This document shows, piece by piece, positions 28,201 through 40,568 of a stretch of DNA of 64,000 bases; positions within the stretch are counted from its first letter, which is position 1, and each line of letters begins with the position of its first letter. The position numbers were made by a program, and so were the translations under genes. The notes under the pieces were generated by a model. The model was not told the DNA's origin, ran no database searches, and worked only from the letters and a program-made list of their open reading frames with translations. This DNA comes from Nemertoderma westbladi. Lineage: Eukaryota; Animalia; Xenacoelomorpha. Location of the stretch: NCBI GenBank assembly GCA_032718475.1, contig JAUCBJ010004493.1, positions 49,450 to 113,449 of the forward strand, written 5' to 3'.

Positions 28201-31014
28201 AATAGATTCACCCAGGACGACATTGACCGCGGGAGATTATCCTATCGCCATGACGACCAAATGACGACATGGAGGGAGACAGACGAACTGACCGTGGAGA
28301 TAGAAACTGTCGGTGCGAAACATCTTATAGATCAAATAGTCAGCGTGATCATTAGCTACAGCAACGTACACGGGCAATTCCGAACCCATCTACGAGTCAA
28401 TAAAAACCTCGAGATACTAGAAGGCCGCAGTAAACCATTATCAGTACACAATCTAGATGGCTCGAACCTTTTACTGAAAGCGCCTCCATTACATCGAGAC
28501 TCCTATCAAGTTGCTTACAAGATTCAAGTTCTTCCATTATTCGGGAATTTGGTGGTCAGAGGTCAGATCGTTGATCGGCCAAAAATCGAGTTCCTTCCAC
28601 AGGATATCCTCGATGGGGAAGTTAAGTACATTCACGATGATACTGAAGTCTTTGTCGATCGTTTCCAGTTCAGCGTGTTCCTTAAGGAAGTCGCACCGCT
28701 GCCACCCAACGGTGGTATTCTAGTCAAAGATGATGACATTGCTGAATATTTTAATATAACTGTTATTCCGGTGAATGACCAACCTTTTCTGTTGCTGACT
28801 ACGAATCCTACGCTACGTGTAGTCGAAGGTAATCGCGCGACCATATCTCGAGATATTCTCTACACAGAAGACTTGGATACTCCCGCTGAGGAACTCGAGT
28901 ACACAGTGGTGGCCGATGCCAAGTACGGCTTCCTTGCGCTGAGCACAGCCCCCGAAATCAAAGTGCGAGTCTTCAGCCAGTACCAGATAGACCACGGACT
29001 CCTACAGTTCGTTCAACAAATTGCAGACAAATCTGATGATTCCTTCGAGTTTAGAATCTCTGATGGCAGTCTGCAAGAACCGGTCCATAAAATGTTTAAA
29101 ATAGTCACGATTCCGCTCACTTTAAACCTCGTTAACTCGACAACAATCTCCATATTGCAAGGGGAGGCCATCACTAAGATTACTCGAAATAACCTTGGTT
29201 TCTCTACCAACGCAAACAGCTCCGAAATCATCTACAACATCACCGAAGGGCCGAAGTTCGGCTATGTAACCTGCGACAAACAACCGTGCTCGGTATTCAA
29301 TCAAATCAGTGTGGATAACATGCTCATCGATTACGTTCAGTTCAACTTCACCTCGACTATCGACCGCTTCGTTTTCACGGCCAGTAGCGGTAGACTTAGT
29401 ATTCCGAACCGCACTGCGAATATATCAGTTGCCCCTCGCATAACTACGGTCAATGTGATTGTTCGCTCTGGGGAATGGGTCTATATCTCTACCGACTATC
29501 TTGACGCTTCCCCATTGGCGTTGTTGACAGGAGAAGTCCCTAGGTTCCAGGTCGTTCGCGGGACCATATTCGGTTCGCTGATTTCTTCGCATCAACGAAA
29601 CAACGTGACCGAATTCACACAAACCCAGTTGATAACAAATTCCATAATGTACAAGGTTAGCAACATGTATTAGTATTAGATATTATGGACTATTTCTCAA
29701 TTACCGTAGTAATTAACGAACGGTTATATTTTGTTACTTTCGCGGCTATTCTGTAATATGTTTAAGCAACTTAAGGATATTATTATTTGTTGAAGATTGA
29801 CTAAGAATGAGTCAAATTTGCAATGAGTAAAAATTCATTTACATTACTTGTTATTTTAGATAGAATTATGTTTCACTTTAAATGATTCAGAAGAATACTA
29901 TTATAATAATACGGAATATTGTTTCAGCTTTCGTATTTAGAAATGCGTATTCTACTATACTAGACTTCCGTGACAGTTACCCACCAGTTTGCTACCAGTT
30001 TGGCTACTGATATGTTAATGTTAAACTGGGAATTTCTGGAAAAAATTCGAAATTTCTGTTAAAACGCAGTAGGCCCTATGGTTCAGCATAAGGAACGGAA
30101 TCGAAGAATTGTTTCAGCAAGTTGTCTCTAACCTATGGTGGCCCTGATCGGTCTCTAACTAACTAAATGTGTAAAATTGACTATCTACTGTAACATATCC
30201 TAATAACAAATACTTCCTTGCTGCCCTCCATAAATTTCTATATTTTCAGAGCTTCCCACGAGGTTTCAAACACGGTGAACTCTACGACAACTTCCAGTTT
30301 ATTGTCCGATCCGGGGACGCGCAACCTGCCAGAGGATCGCTAACCATACAGATAAAACCAACCAATTACCAACTGCCAACCATCTCTTTACCAGAGTTAC
30401 CTAGACAACCGAATGACGTCGGCACGTGGGACGACATGTCGCGATTTCCGGTGGTAGTCGACGGTCCCCATAGTAACGGGGAAACATCACTCTCTATCTG
30501 GGCAGTGATTGGCCCAGTTATAGGATTCGCACTTATTGTTTTGGTTATCGGTATCCTCTTGTATCGCCGTCACCGGAAACAACGCCGCCACGATCTGGTG
30601 ACCACCGACTCCCCGGACATCTCCGCTCCCTTCTCCTGCGCGAAAACTACGGGCGCGTTTAGTTCGTGGAACTCCCGTTACCCCCACGCGGCTACCGTTA
30701 CCGCTATGACGCAGCGGAGATCCCCTCCAAACGAACCCAACCCGACGATGTCATCCTTTGATTCACCCCGTAGACTGGGCGAACGGGAGCCTTGTCTCGG
30801 CCCCAGCGACAGGGAAACGTACGCCGCGCAAACCGAGCGGAGTTTAGCGCTGCCCGCCGTGTGCGTTACGCAATTGGACAGAAAATCGGTTGCGCGTAAC
30901 CATAGCAACATACAAGATGTAAGCGACGCGAGTTGCGTGGCACTGGAGGAGTCGCCCATAGATTCGGGAAGGAAGGGACCCTTCAATGGAACCAGGATGA
31001 ACTACTGGTTGTAA
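12538..31014 (+). CDS. CSPG4: Chondroitin sulfate proteoglycan 4 (NG2 / kon-tiki / perdido)-like gene, 13 coding exons totalling 7100 nt (about 2366 aa), 5' signal-peptide exon not found
   Basis: Exons join in frame through GT-AG sites. First exon starts ASFYG in phase 1, like ASFFG in vertebrate CSPG4. Two LamG domains, many CSPG repeats (FTQxDIxxGxxxYxH, VNDxPP), a TM helix and C-terminal NYWL* (cf. QYWV). Confidence 0.93.
13278..13352. repeat. 18-bp tandem repeat, about 4 copies (CAATAACAACAGTGTAAC)
   Basis: Direct tandem units in an intron. Confidence 0.85.
13381..13450 (-). mobile_element. 3' tail fragment of the same SINE family as 4105-4324
   Basis: GGCAACCCGAAGGCTCCTCT...GCTGTTACC resembles GGCGACCCGAAGGCTCCTCT...GCTGCTACC at about 4121. 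Confidence 0.6.
13816..14118 (+). CDS. CSPG4: CSPG4 exon: LamG2
   Basis: ggtag|GTTTTATA ... CAGG|gtgagt, phase 1/1; VNDRKWHHV, LMVGG. Confidence 0.9.
14190..14752 (+). mobile_element. 5'-truncated RTE-clade non-LTR retrotransposon 3' end (intronic)
   Basis: LYGTLPPVSTTL..WQPTH..RSRGRPA.YIDQLERDT, a typical RTE C-terminus, followed by a (TAG)n tail. A near-identical copy lies at 23720-24170. Confidence 0.8.
15066..15282 (+). CDS. CSPG4: CSPG4 exon: end of LamG2 plus EGF-like domain (not in ORF track)
   Basis: tccag|GAAAC ... TCGAG|gtaaaa, phase 1/2; reads GNKYLGGSFSGCIKDIQIDG...YPCLKNPCPNNQTCVEEGYSSYRCHC. Confidence 0.88.
15373..16021 (+). CDS. CSPG4: CSPG4 exon: CSPG repeats
   Basis: ctacag|GTGT ... 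CATGAG|gtttgt, phase 2/0; VSEGG, YNHDSSES, VNDPP. Confidence 0.9.
16406..16611 (+). CDS. CSPG4: CSPG4 exon
   Basis: cacag|GGGCCA ... ATAAA|gtaagt, phase 0/2. Confidence 0.85.
16891..17836 (+). CDS. CSPG4: CSPG4 exon: CSPG repeats
   Basis: tttcag|ATAC ... TTTTTG|gtaagt, phase 2/0; FDQRHIDRGRIRYH, FTSDDINSGQVVYHHDDSE. Confidence 0.9.
17866..19424. repeat. Intronic minisatellite, 16 bp unit (GGGTGCAGCACTGTTT), about 97 copies
   Basis: Direct tandem units; they produce spurious long ORFs in all six frames. Confidence 0.97.
19685..19800. mobile_element. Small MITE-like element with about 20-bp terminal inverted repeats
   Basis: GGGGTTGAACCAGCGCTATA ... TATAGCGCAGGTTCAACCCC. Confidence 0.55.
19964..20250 (+). 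CDS. CSPG4: CSPG4 exon
   Basis: ttgcag|ATCACA ... GCAG|gtaagc, phase 0/2; VNDNRP, LRVVRGG, WTDPDTD. Confidence 0.88.
20711..20831 (+). CDS. CSPG4: CSPG4 exon (not in ORF track)
   Basis: ttttcag|CACGG ... GGAGCG|gttagt, phase 2/0; TVFWVHDGNQYGTGVLRVRANSPYLEV matches the CSPG4 VSDG..TGxLxVxAxxPYL pattern. Confidence 0.85.
21209..21316. mobile_element. Small MITE-like inverted-repeat element
   Basis: ATTAAGTAATTTAAACAGGACTTAGGA ... TCCTAAGCCCTGTTTAAATTACTTAAT. Confidence 0.6.
21392..22427 (+). CDS. CSPG4: CSPG4 exon: CSPG repeats
   Basis: tttttag|ACTTAT ... CCAG|gtaggt, phase 0/1; FTQSDIN, YCHDGGES, DRDTP. Confidence 0.9.
22560..23130. repeat. Degenerate tandem repeat, about 25 bp unit (GTGTAGGCACAGTGACTACTGTACA)
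   Basis: Repeated GTAGGCACAGTGAC / CTACTGTAC motifs. Confidence 0.7.
23417..23548 (+). CDS. CSPG4: CSPG4 exon (not in ORF track)
   Basis: cttcag|CCGAA ... CACTG|gtgagt, phase 1/1; RFTQSDIDQSMVYYVH. Confidence 0.88.
23720..24170 (-). mobile_element. RTE-clade non-LTR 3' fragment (intronic)
   Basis: TNAELYGTLPPVSTTLHERRLRFSGHCW...RSRGRPAITYID; same family as 14190-14752. Confidence 0.8.
24425..24586. mobile_element. Foldback palindrome (MITE-like), about 70-bp arms
   Basis: GAGCGA..AATAGCTCCTATTTGC..GACTTGGCAAACTTACCA..TTTTAAGTGTA is mirrored by TACACTTAAAA..TGGTAAGTTTGCCAAGTC..GCAAATAGGAGCTATT..TCGCTC. Confidence 0.8.
26537..26623. repeat. 30-bp tandem repeat x3
   Basis: CACCGTAATCGCTGATCCAAGGCCACTGCT repeated. 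Confidence 0.85.
27433..27585 (+). CDS. CSPG4: CSPG4 exon (not in ORF track)
   Basis: tatag|AAG (NAGNAG acceptor) ... TACAG|gtaggg, phase 1/1; GGFRFHVSDG...LNVYP..RPIT. Confidence 0.85.
28076..29655 (+). CDS. CSPG4: CSPG4 exon: CSPG repeats
   Basis: aacag|AGTAT ... TACAAG|gttagc, phase 1/0; FTQDDIDRGRLSYRH, FNITVIPVNDQPF. Confidence 0.92.
30250..31014 (+). CDS. CSPG4: CSPG4 last exon: end of ectodomain, TM helix, cytoplasmic tail with PDZ-binding motif
   Basis: tttcag|AGCTTC, in frame with ORF 30436; QPARG, IWAVIGPVIGFALIVLVIGILLY-RRHRK, ends NYWL*. Confidence 0.92.
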   Translation, partial: SFPRGFKHGELYDNFQFIVRSGDAQPARGSLTIQIKPTNYQLPTISLPELPRQPNDVGTWDDMSRFPVVVDGPHSNGETSLSIWAVIGPVIGFALIVLVIGILLYRRHRKQRRHDLVTTDSPDISAPFSCAKTTGAFSSWNSRYPHAATVTAMTQRRSPPNEPNPTMSSFDSPRRLGEREPCLGPSDRETYAAQTERSLALPAVCVTQLDRKSVARNHSNIQDVSDASCVALEESPIDSGRKGPFNGTRMNYWL

Positions 31015-33039
31015 CAAAACTTTCTCACTAAAACGGAAAGTGAAGTAGAATGACAACAGACGGGAATAATAATCTTAAATAAATCGCTTAGCAAAAATAA
31101 TGATATTCATTGCGTTATCTAAATATAATTATTTATTACTTCTGAAAAAACTTTATTTAAAAAACGAAAAAAAAATATTTTTCACTATTCTCGAACAACA
31201 GAACAACAGACACACCATACCGATTGAGATAGTTGGTGGTACCCGTATGCTAAGCTCACTTACTTTCGTGGCTCGCCCCACAATAATATATCCTTTTCAT
31301 CAGCTTCCACAGGTATTAAAAAGGGTATTCAGCGTATCTTACTACAATAATCCATAGGCCTATCTGTGATTATATTAGATCAAATTTTATTGAAATAAAA
31401 GGAGTTGAAGAGTGCGATAATTTGAATAGCAGTAACTGTGGAAGCAATATAGTAAAATACTGCACATGTCCATTTAATTTGTAACACCCTATCGCTCTAT
31501 CTTTTATTAAAGAGTTAAGTACCATATTAAGAATAAATTCAGGTATTACATGGGAAAAAACGTGGAACCTTTTTTTTTCAACATTCTCTCGACCCTGTAG
31601 TTAACCTAGCTGGTGCTCGGTAAATAAAAAGCTTCGCGAATAGTGTAACCAAAGTAATAAATAATTATTTTTAAACAAAAACACAAAACAACAAATGTTT
31701 ACATTTACATTAAAAATATCCGGGAGCGCCGCTTAAACCTAAAGTTCTTATTTATAGCACGAAGTACCTAACACGAAGTATATGAAGGTTATCATGGAGT
31801 TTTCATTGCGGTGCTAAGAGTCAGTTCTATGGGAAGACTCTGGAGGTGCGATCACGATTTGCCTAGCCCTTTCTGATTGAAATTCTCTGTTATTTTCAAA
31901 ACCTTTTAAACTAATAACAAATTTCATGTTTGTTGATGTGCTGTTGCAAGCTCACTGACCACGTGGTTCGGCCCCACCATTATTACAAACCTATCTCATC
32001 TATAATACAGTCCGCGAATATGAGAAGTAAATATTTCAATTTGGGAATAAATTTAGTCTAGCTAGGATTTACATCATTACCCCCTTCAACAAACTCCAGA
32101 TTTAATCTGCAAAGCTACATTTTACACACCATAATGTAAATATGCATTGTTAAATTGTGAATGTCGTTGAAATATAAAAAAGATGGCACTCAAAATTAAA
32201 ATGTTTAACTTGTATTTATTGCCCGTTGTCATGTCTACGATCCAATTACAATAAACGCTGTGGCCGTGTTTATATGTGCAATAAGGTATATTTATTTATA
32301 GTATATTTACTTACACCAGTAAAGTTTTTTTATCTAATGTCTGTGCAGTTTGTGGTACTGTAGGGCTATTTAATAAAATGTCTGGTATATTAAACATAAT
32401 TATTTTTAAACATAATTTTTTTAAACAGAATAGTGCGATTTTTATTTTACATGTAGATTTCACTATTCTGAATATCAGATAAATAGTGAAAGATAACAAT
32501 TTTAACGCTAACGTGTAGAATAACCTCTTAGATACTGTCAATCCAAATTACACACCAACCAACCACCTTGGAAAAATAGAAAAAAATCTAAGAGTTGTCC
32601 AAAAATGGTGAGACCCCCCCCCCCCCCCCCCCCCATACATTTAAAATACTTCTTCTGGAGAAATAGCAATATCAAATACATCATTTCATATGATTGAAGC
32701 TCCGAGACTGCCAAACACTGTAATATAGAGCAAATGATAAATTTGGGAAACGAAACTCCTGAATTATGGCAACGGCAGGCAGGTATTGCCGTCTAGGAAA
32801 TGAATTCGAATTTTGATATTTGAATTGTATATTTATATAATTATAAAATTATTGTGACACAAAATAAATAAACATATTCCATTAAAGTTACATTGAAGTG
32901 GAAGTTCTAATAATAGTTCTCACATAATAGTCAATAATAATTCGAATAAATATTAAGTAATAATGGCAGATGAGATCACAAATATAAGAGGGGAATTATC
33001 CTAGAAGGTCCATCAGTCCGTCCATCACCTCACCAAATG

Positions 33040-34025
33040 GTGCCAATGACAGAGGCCGCATTACCATTCTGTATTGCGACCAGCAACCTCTGCGGGTGGA
33101 ACAAGTGGGGGCGAGGGAGGATCTTTGGCTGAGTCCCTCAGCCTCGCCCCTATCTTTGCCAGGAACTCTTCTGTTTCAGGTCCTTCCCTACCCATGGTTT
33201 CAAAGGCTACTGGACGGAACAGGTAGCAGCCTGCTGTCGATCAGTTCACCATACTTCTGGTTCGTCCGGACCTCCGCTTCCTCGGCTGCGTTCCCTCCAC
33301 TGGGGTGGAGAGTGTACGCGTTATATGGCTGGCTGCGAGGGGGTTTACCGCAGTCGAATCCCAAGTCAGTGTTCGTCTTCGGGACCATGGCACTGCGGTG
33401 ACTCCATCGAGTCTTTTGCCGTCACTGCGGCAACAGACCCGGGGGGCTCCAGCATGGTGGGGATGTCACAGGTAGTGAGAGCGCGCTTTACAATTTTGTT
33501 AACCATGGGAAAACGGCCAGTACTCCGTTGGCAGGAAAGGCCTTGGAGCCCATTAGCTGCCACGAGACCCCCAACTGGCGCAGGGGTGAGGCTCAGTTAC
33601 ACGACAGCCAAGTCGGAGGGCAATGGCAATCCGGAACTGTGCATCACTTAGCTTCAGCCCTAAGACCTGTGATGGTTGGCATCCAGCGAGCAGCCGGAGC
33701 TTGCGTTGGTGGCTCTGACGGAAGGTGATGCCTATTCATGGAGGGACTCCAAGCTCGCCTCATGCACCTCTGTATCAATGTTCAATGTCCCGTGAAGGTC
33801 GATGATGATGTATTGGCCTGTAACTGGGCCATGCGAGATCACGCAGTTGGTATGAGTTGGGAGTCACTCGAGTTCTAACAAATAAGCGGCCTGAAAGGGG
33901 AGCACATGCAGCCGCTGAATCCAAAAAGGCGGATGGTGCGATATAGGTGCGGATGTGCTTACATGCGGAACCCAGTCCCAGACCTCCCAACCGTGCAGCT
34001 TATCTCCCCGTAGGCAGCAAGGCTG
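33040..34025 (-). mobile_element. Degenerate CRE-type (restriction-like endonuclease) non-LTR retrotransposon 3' fragment
   Basis: Minus strand reads GGLGLGSA..APSAFL..., CQRSTGRF..VNKIVKRAL..IPTMLEP.G, QKYGEL, then QRLLVAIQNGNAASVIGT, the characteristic CRE C-terminus; frameshifted. Confidence 0.75.
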
Positions 34026-34259
34026 TAATCATAGATCTCAGTTTGTGGTTTGTAGACAACCGCTAGTATCGAATCACGACGATCAGCTCGTACTGAAGTT
34101 TACCATAAGTCGGTACGGTACTTACTTACTTTCATTATCAGAAAGATAGGCCTACATAACACTGTAACGACATGATATCGACTGTTCAATATATTCTGCT
34201 TACAATGACAGGCTATAATACATCAGACTGATTGATTATTATCTTAATATAATTGGTTC

Positions 34260-34526
34260 TATGTATTCTATATGCGGGTCCCCGCGACCTTCGCACAGAG
34301 GTGAAACTATATCTTTTTCAAATTTCATTCAATCTCAGTAAGATTTGTAGAAAAAAATTTTTTTTGGGGGGGGGTGGGGGGTACCTGAATAAGGACTCGA
34401 CTCATGCAGCGCGAAGGCACCACGAAATTTTCAAAATATTGGAACTTTTACTCTAGTATGTCCATGCAAAATTTGGTTGACATTCAATAAAGGCTCCAAA
34501 AGTTATTAACGATTGAATATTTCATT

Positions 34527-34569
<43 letters not shown>

Positions 34570-34645
34570 TTATATTTTGTCCTAATGCTAATTGTAATTG
34601 TGCGCTAGTAGCTTCGCTCACTAATTGTGGCTCGTTCCACAGTAT
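34260..34645 (+). mobile_element. Non-autonomous element with (GACA)n microsatellite and 3' GCTCAC..GTGGCTCG..CCACA motif (HINE/DINE-like)
   Basis: (GACA)n at 34530-34569. The 3' motif recurs at about 31255, 31950, 50780 and 51655. Confidence 0.5.
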
Positions 34646-36229
34646 ATTAATTTAACACAATGTACGATGTTTCCCATAGTTCCATCTAACTTTTGTTATT
34701 GGGTTATTTAAACGCATGACCATTCAGTTTGACAAAACATTAGGGGGGGGGGGGGGGGGGGTAGCACCCCCAAATTGAACCTCACATTTTTGTGTCTCTG
34801 GACCCTAAATTTGGGTGAAAATTTTTTGTGCTACTAAACAACGTATTGTGTAAGAATAACCAAACCAAATATTTTTTAAAATTGGCCTCAAAATTGCCCC
34901 TTTTTTATGAAAAGGGCCCCGTACAATTGTAAAATATAGTGCTGCTCGAAGGCATTTCAAAAATCAGACTAGCTCTTACGTTTTGGGTAATAACCTCGGT
35001 TCATGATAGAATAAAAAAAGTTTTTTGTCCATTACCTAAATAGAGGGGGGGGGGGGGGGGGGGGGGTGTGGTGCAACACCCCCCCCCCCCCACCCCCCCC
35101 CCCCCTAACTTTGCTGTCCATTATTCGAAACGGAGAATTTAGCTAAACTTTGACAATTATGAAAAGGCGGCCTGTAACGTAGGCCATGTAGGCCTACAAT
35201 AAAATGCTTTTCAAATAAAATAATACATTCGATAGAAAAACGTAACGGAAAACACTCTTTCACTCACTTTTTAGAAAAATTAAGATATTCTGTTTTGGTG
35301 TTACGCTTTTTTTTAGTAATAGTTTTACGCTCTTTGGCATATGGGCACTCGTTTCGCGAGGTAAATCGAACATAACGTGGAAGCAGACAAATAAATATAA
35401 AATTGGATGTTGAATTTTGCCGATCACATTGATGGAACCTCTCTAAAATTTATTACATTAAAGAGCATCCTACCTAATATTACATTATTACAAAAAATGG
35501 TTTACTATTACTTTATCAAATTAATGAATCATCAATTGTTATTCAATAATCGTTGAATCGTTTAATGTAATTTAATTTAACTTTTCATAGTTAAATGGGT
35601 CCGTATCCTCTATTTATCAAACACAAGGAATGTAAGAAATTCCGAATACGGTATCTTTATTGTGGGAAATTTTAAATTTCTATAGAATACTATTAGTGCA
35701 CTCTTACTCTGGTTAACCGCGTCGCGTGCTGTGCGAAGGCCCCATTTATAATGTGATATAGAAGCTCCAATTGTTAGATCAATTACAATTAATCTATAAC
35801 TCTGTAACTCATTTATTGCTTTAACTGTGAGCTAATCCATGGTAAATAAGGCAGCATGTAGTAATTATTAGAAGACCGTTATGACTTCTTGTAAATGTAG
35901 GCATATTATCTATCCATATTTATTTATAAGCATTATTTATTTATATTTATATCAGGTGAACTCCTCCTAAGCAATAGCTCGTCCGTTAATGAAAGTTGTA
36001 TTAAACGACGCAGTTCAACCCCAGAATGTGGAAAAAATTATTAAAGTGTCTTTTTTATTTCGAAAAATAGCCCCATTGCACGAAAATTGCCATAGACTCA
36101 ATGATGATGAAAGAAACACCAGTTGGTGCATAGTGAGGGCCTAGTAATGAAATGCTATTGAATGGATAGACCCAAACTGCACTACTATAGTAGGGTCGGC
36201 ATTTTTAAGAATGCTGTGCCGGCTTGTCA

Positions 36230-37755
36230 ACAAAATTGCGCCGCCACAACTCCCTATCACCCATGACATTTGCTAGATAATCCGCATCTTCAAGGCCAGT
36301 GTCCTTTAAAGATGCGTCTCAAGAAAGTCATGGGCTGTCCACCATGCTTATTCACTCCATGAGGCTGCCAAAGTACAAGATTATGCACTGGCTGGTCCTC
36401 ACGGCGAAAGCAAAGTCCTGCAAAGCGGAGGCGACTTTGTTTTAGTGTCAAGCTTGGGGGAACCAATGAGACACCTCCAATCTTATATAGTGTCTGGTTG
36501 GTGATGTGTGCATTATACTTGACACAATGAACCCGGCGTAGCATTCTTGTGAATGTGCCATCCAGAGATTTGGTATCCTCAGCAGTTAGAGCCCAGCATG
36601 GACTCCCATAGAGGAGTACTGGAACTACTGCTGCTCTAAATAATCGGACTTAAGTTTCCCATTAATTATCTGTGACTTCCAAATCCTGGAAAGCCTATTC
36701 AAGGTAGCCAATGCCTTTCCCTTACGTATTCGAAGTATCGTATCACCTTACTTCAGGATCCATGATCCCAGGTAACAGAAGTCGCCCAGATGCTCAAGCA
36801 TGCCATCTTTTGAGCTTAGGCTCATCCGGTCAGAGACTTGCTGAGGACTTTAAAAGACAACTGTCAAAATTTTGGTCTTTTTGGAGTTAATAAAAAGACC
36901 AACACTAGAAGCAGCCTGTTCTAATGAGCTGAGGAGCCGTTGGGCTCCCTCTAGTGATTCTGAGAGTACTCCTAAATCATCAGCAAAGTCTAGATCAGTT
37001 ATGTACTTGGCAGGATTTCCTCGACTTCTGGAGCCAGTAGGTGGAGTTACCATTACCATCACCCCATCATCATTATGATGATCTAAGGACATGCGTAGAA
37101 CATAGTCAACCACAATAATGAACAAGAATGGTGCAAGTGTGTTTCCTTGGAGGACGCCCCATAACACTTCAAATGGTTCTGTGTCACCGTCAACAGTAGA
37201 CACAAATGTTATCGAACCATCATACTGATCTGATTGGTGCAATAATTTCATCACGTATCCCATATAATGAAAGTATGCTGAACATACGTGAGCGAGAGAC
37301 TGAATCAAAGGACTTGAAGAAGTCAACAAAGATAACAGCCCTGTCTTTCTTTTTTGATAACTCTTCAATTATCTTTCTAAGTGCCAAAATGGGATCCATG
37401 GTCCCACGACCTTAACAGAACCCATTCTGATTTCCACGGAGCAGTCTCTCAATGGGATCCCTGATGCGATTTAATAGAATTCTATTGTATAACTTTGCAG
37501 CAATCGAAATCAAGGAGATTCCCCGAAAAGAACCATAGAGTGTTAGGTTGCCCTTCTTTGTTTTCATTTCTTATGGGACTCTTGTTGTTCTGTACATATC
37601 TACTATGATGGGATAGAACTTTAAACACTCAGGTATTTTAAAGACCTCAGGGGAAGCACCATCTACTCCACTGACACGATTGGTCTTAATGCTCTTTGCA
37701 GCAGCCTTCATTTCTGCAAAGGAGATATCGCCAATGGAAATATCTGGGTGGGAGT
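36230..37755 (-). mobile_element. Degenerate RTE-clade non-LTR retrotransposon (RT and C-terminus)
   Basis: GVLQGNTLAPFLFIIVVDY, LDFADD, GLFINSKKTK, VLLYGSP.WALT, RLRFAG.C.R; stops and frameshifts. Confidence 0.9.
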
Positions 37756-38099
37756 ACAGACTCAGACACGTTTACTTCTACTTTTACACTTTACACTTTT
37801 ACTTCATGCAATACCCTGTCATTATTGGGGAGCTTTTCCAAACTGCAGAGAAGTATATTACTTGCCAAGTTTTAGTAAGGTTGAGTTTACTCACTCAATC
37901 TATCACAGACAGTAAGCAAACATAAATCTGTTAGTTTGTAATGTATTACACCACCAGCTGAATAGCTCTTCCCAATGAATCCTATGGGAATATCTATAAG
38001 ATTACTCACTGCTATGTTAGGTCGTAGGCCAGCTGAATGAATTATAACCACAGGGCTGTCATCTAATGGTTCATGTACTCCCAATCTAAAGCAAACTCT

Positions 38100-40568
38100 C
38101 TATTTATTCCTTTGCCACAGCTGTCAATGAATGTCTATATACATTTAATTTCGCCACAAAATAATGTATGTATACTGAATGCTGAATGTACTGAAATACT
38201 GAATGAAACAAATGAAAAACAATGAAAAACTGAAATGTTGAAATACTGAATGTATGTGTAGTGTATAAATGTATCTCGGTTTGGGCGTACTGAACCTTCC
38301 CTGGCTGCATCGTAATACCGTGGGTTCGGCACCACTCCATAAAACGCGTGATATTCGACATGTGCTCCTCCATTGTGTCATCGTATAGAAGCACATCATC
38401 CACAACTTTTATGAGGTTAGGGAGTACCTCCAGTTGAACTCGTCGCCAGATGAAATTAGCCCCATTACGCTGCGAGTATGGTGGTACCAGCCCCATGGAG
38501 TTGCAAAGGTTGTGAGGAGTTGATACTCCTCGTCTAAGGGAACCTGCCAGTAGCCACTGGCAGCATCGAAAACGGAAGACACCTTAGCAGTAAAGGAGAT
38601 ACCGGTGACTGTCCATCCATGGGTTTGGCGTCGGATAATACAGCCGCTAGACCTGCGAGTTTAGGTGTCGGAGGTCCACACACAGTCGCAGCTTTCATTG
38701 GGTTTGGCACCACCGTCATGGGATGGGCCCATTCCGATACAGGCGATAACATCCCGCCACTCCAGATTGTCGAGGAGTTCCTTCACCTCATCCTGCAGTC
38801 TTCTTTGAGAGGATTAGTCCGTCAGATTCTGGAGAGATGATGAGCTCAGTGGCAGCCCTCGTACCACAGTATTCGATCTCGACTGGGTACCACACCACAG
38901 CCACCATTGGGAGGCCATTGGCTGCCTTGATCTTGTCACCATCGGGGAGTGGGAGGAGGTTTTCGAGTCTCACCCCAAACAGGAGGAACAATACCAGGTT
39001 GAAAATATTTGCAGCCACGCAATTGTCTTGGAGGGAATGGCGAACCCTTCCATGAAGTTTCCCAATCCCGGAATCCATGAGGCCAACTGTGACGTAGTCG
39101 AGTTCGCAGGTTGTATCCTTAGTGTTGCTGGTGACGCTGTTTATACTTTGGCGGTGGTACACGTACATGGTGGATACCTTCTTCTTGGTGATGGGTCGGG
39201 ACAGGCACATCTGTTTTAAGTGCCCCGCACCATCATGCCGCAGGCGTGGCACCTAACATTCTTTGCGGGACAGACCATGGACCCCTTGTGGTGTGGGGTT
39301 CCCCTCCACAGTTGCTGCAACTATGGTCATTAGGGGTCTGTCATGCGGGGTCAGGGGATGGGTTTCATGAGCTTGTCGGGTTGTGCGAGGTTGCTGGCAT
39401 GTGGGTGGCTGACCGCTCGTATCTATACATAGACAGTTTATTGACGGGTTTACTGCTGGTGAGGATAGCTCACGCACTGAGGATATCATTCCACTCGCTC
39501 GCCTCAACAATTTGAGCAATCCGTACGCAGTCCTCGAGTGTTGGTTGCGGCAGAAACTTGAGGAGTTCAGTTCTGGTCTCTGAACATCGTAGGCCCACGA
39601 GGATTTGGGTTATGATTTGCCGATCGTGGCAGTGCCCTGCCCACAGTGCTCTGCAGTGTCTGCGAGGTTCTCCAGGGCCACCTGGAAGGAATCGAAACCC
39701 TCAGTTGTAACCTGCCGATGCTAGTGGAACTTGATCGCATCGATTGTGATACTCCGCTTGGCGCGAAGGTAATCCTGGAGTGCATCGTGGATTGTTTCCC
39801 TGTAGGCCACTACCGAGGACAGCTATGAGTGCGTAAACATGTTCAGCCCGGGGGAATGTAGCAACCTGTTGTGGACCCTCCACCTCCACTCTTGTCTCCC
39901 CCGACGGAATGTGGAGTTCTTAGAATTTCGTATAATATACTGTATGTAAATCTGTAATGTAAATCGATGTCCAGAACTTCTCCATCGTGGAGATGTCAAT
40001 AACCTAGCGTCGGGGGACTGGGTTCACGGCGATGTTTGCATATTTTGGTGGGGCTGCAGGAGGTCCCAGTACCGTGACTGCTGCCTCTGCTGCTGTACTG
40101 GGTTGCAAAGCTGCTATGAGGTGCTCTAGGCGGTCGTCCGACAGCCGCCAGTTGCTGTACCAATATCTGAATCATTGCAGCTTGGGCTTCAGCTTGCTGT
40201 TGGGCGAGAATCTGGGCGATGTCGTTCATCTGTATGAAGGAGGAGGGAGATGGACTGCTTCCTGCTCGGGCCTTGATAGTTTCGTCGCCGCTGTTTGTTG
40301 GGGAATGGGAATTTATTGGTGTCAGAGTCAGACATATTGTACCGGTAAGAGTTCTGAATCTACAGTAGTAGGGGTTAGGGTTCTGATTTCTGAAACGTAC
40401 AGCGCCATGTGGGAGTATCTGCTATGCTCTGATGCTGGGCAACAGCAGCTATGAACAAACCTTGAATTAGAGCGGACACCCATTTGAGGTAATAGAGAAT
40501 ACAAAATATGTGATTCGGATTGATTGCGAAATACTCTGCGTAATCACTAATCATTGCATAACATAACA
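38100..40568 (-). mobile_element. Degenerate Gypsy-type LTR retrotransposon (5' LTR, PBS, gag CCHC knuckles, protease, RT start), 3' truncated
   Basis: SEWAHPMTVVP and VVDDVLLY RT motifs; IKAANG protease motif; C-x2-C..H..C gag knuckles at about 39200-39320. A TG...CA LTR of about 160 bp (40568-40408) is followed directly by TGGCGCTGT, a PBS-like sequence. Confidence 0.8.

Noticed and set aside
12597-31056. Antisense and alternate-frame ORFs overlapping CSPG4 exons
   Set aside because: Shadow ORFs of GC-richer coding exons with no recognisable domains.
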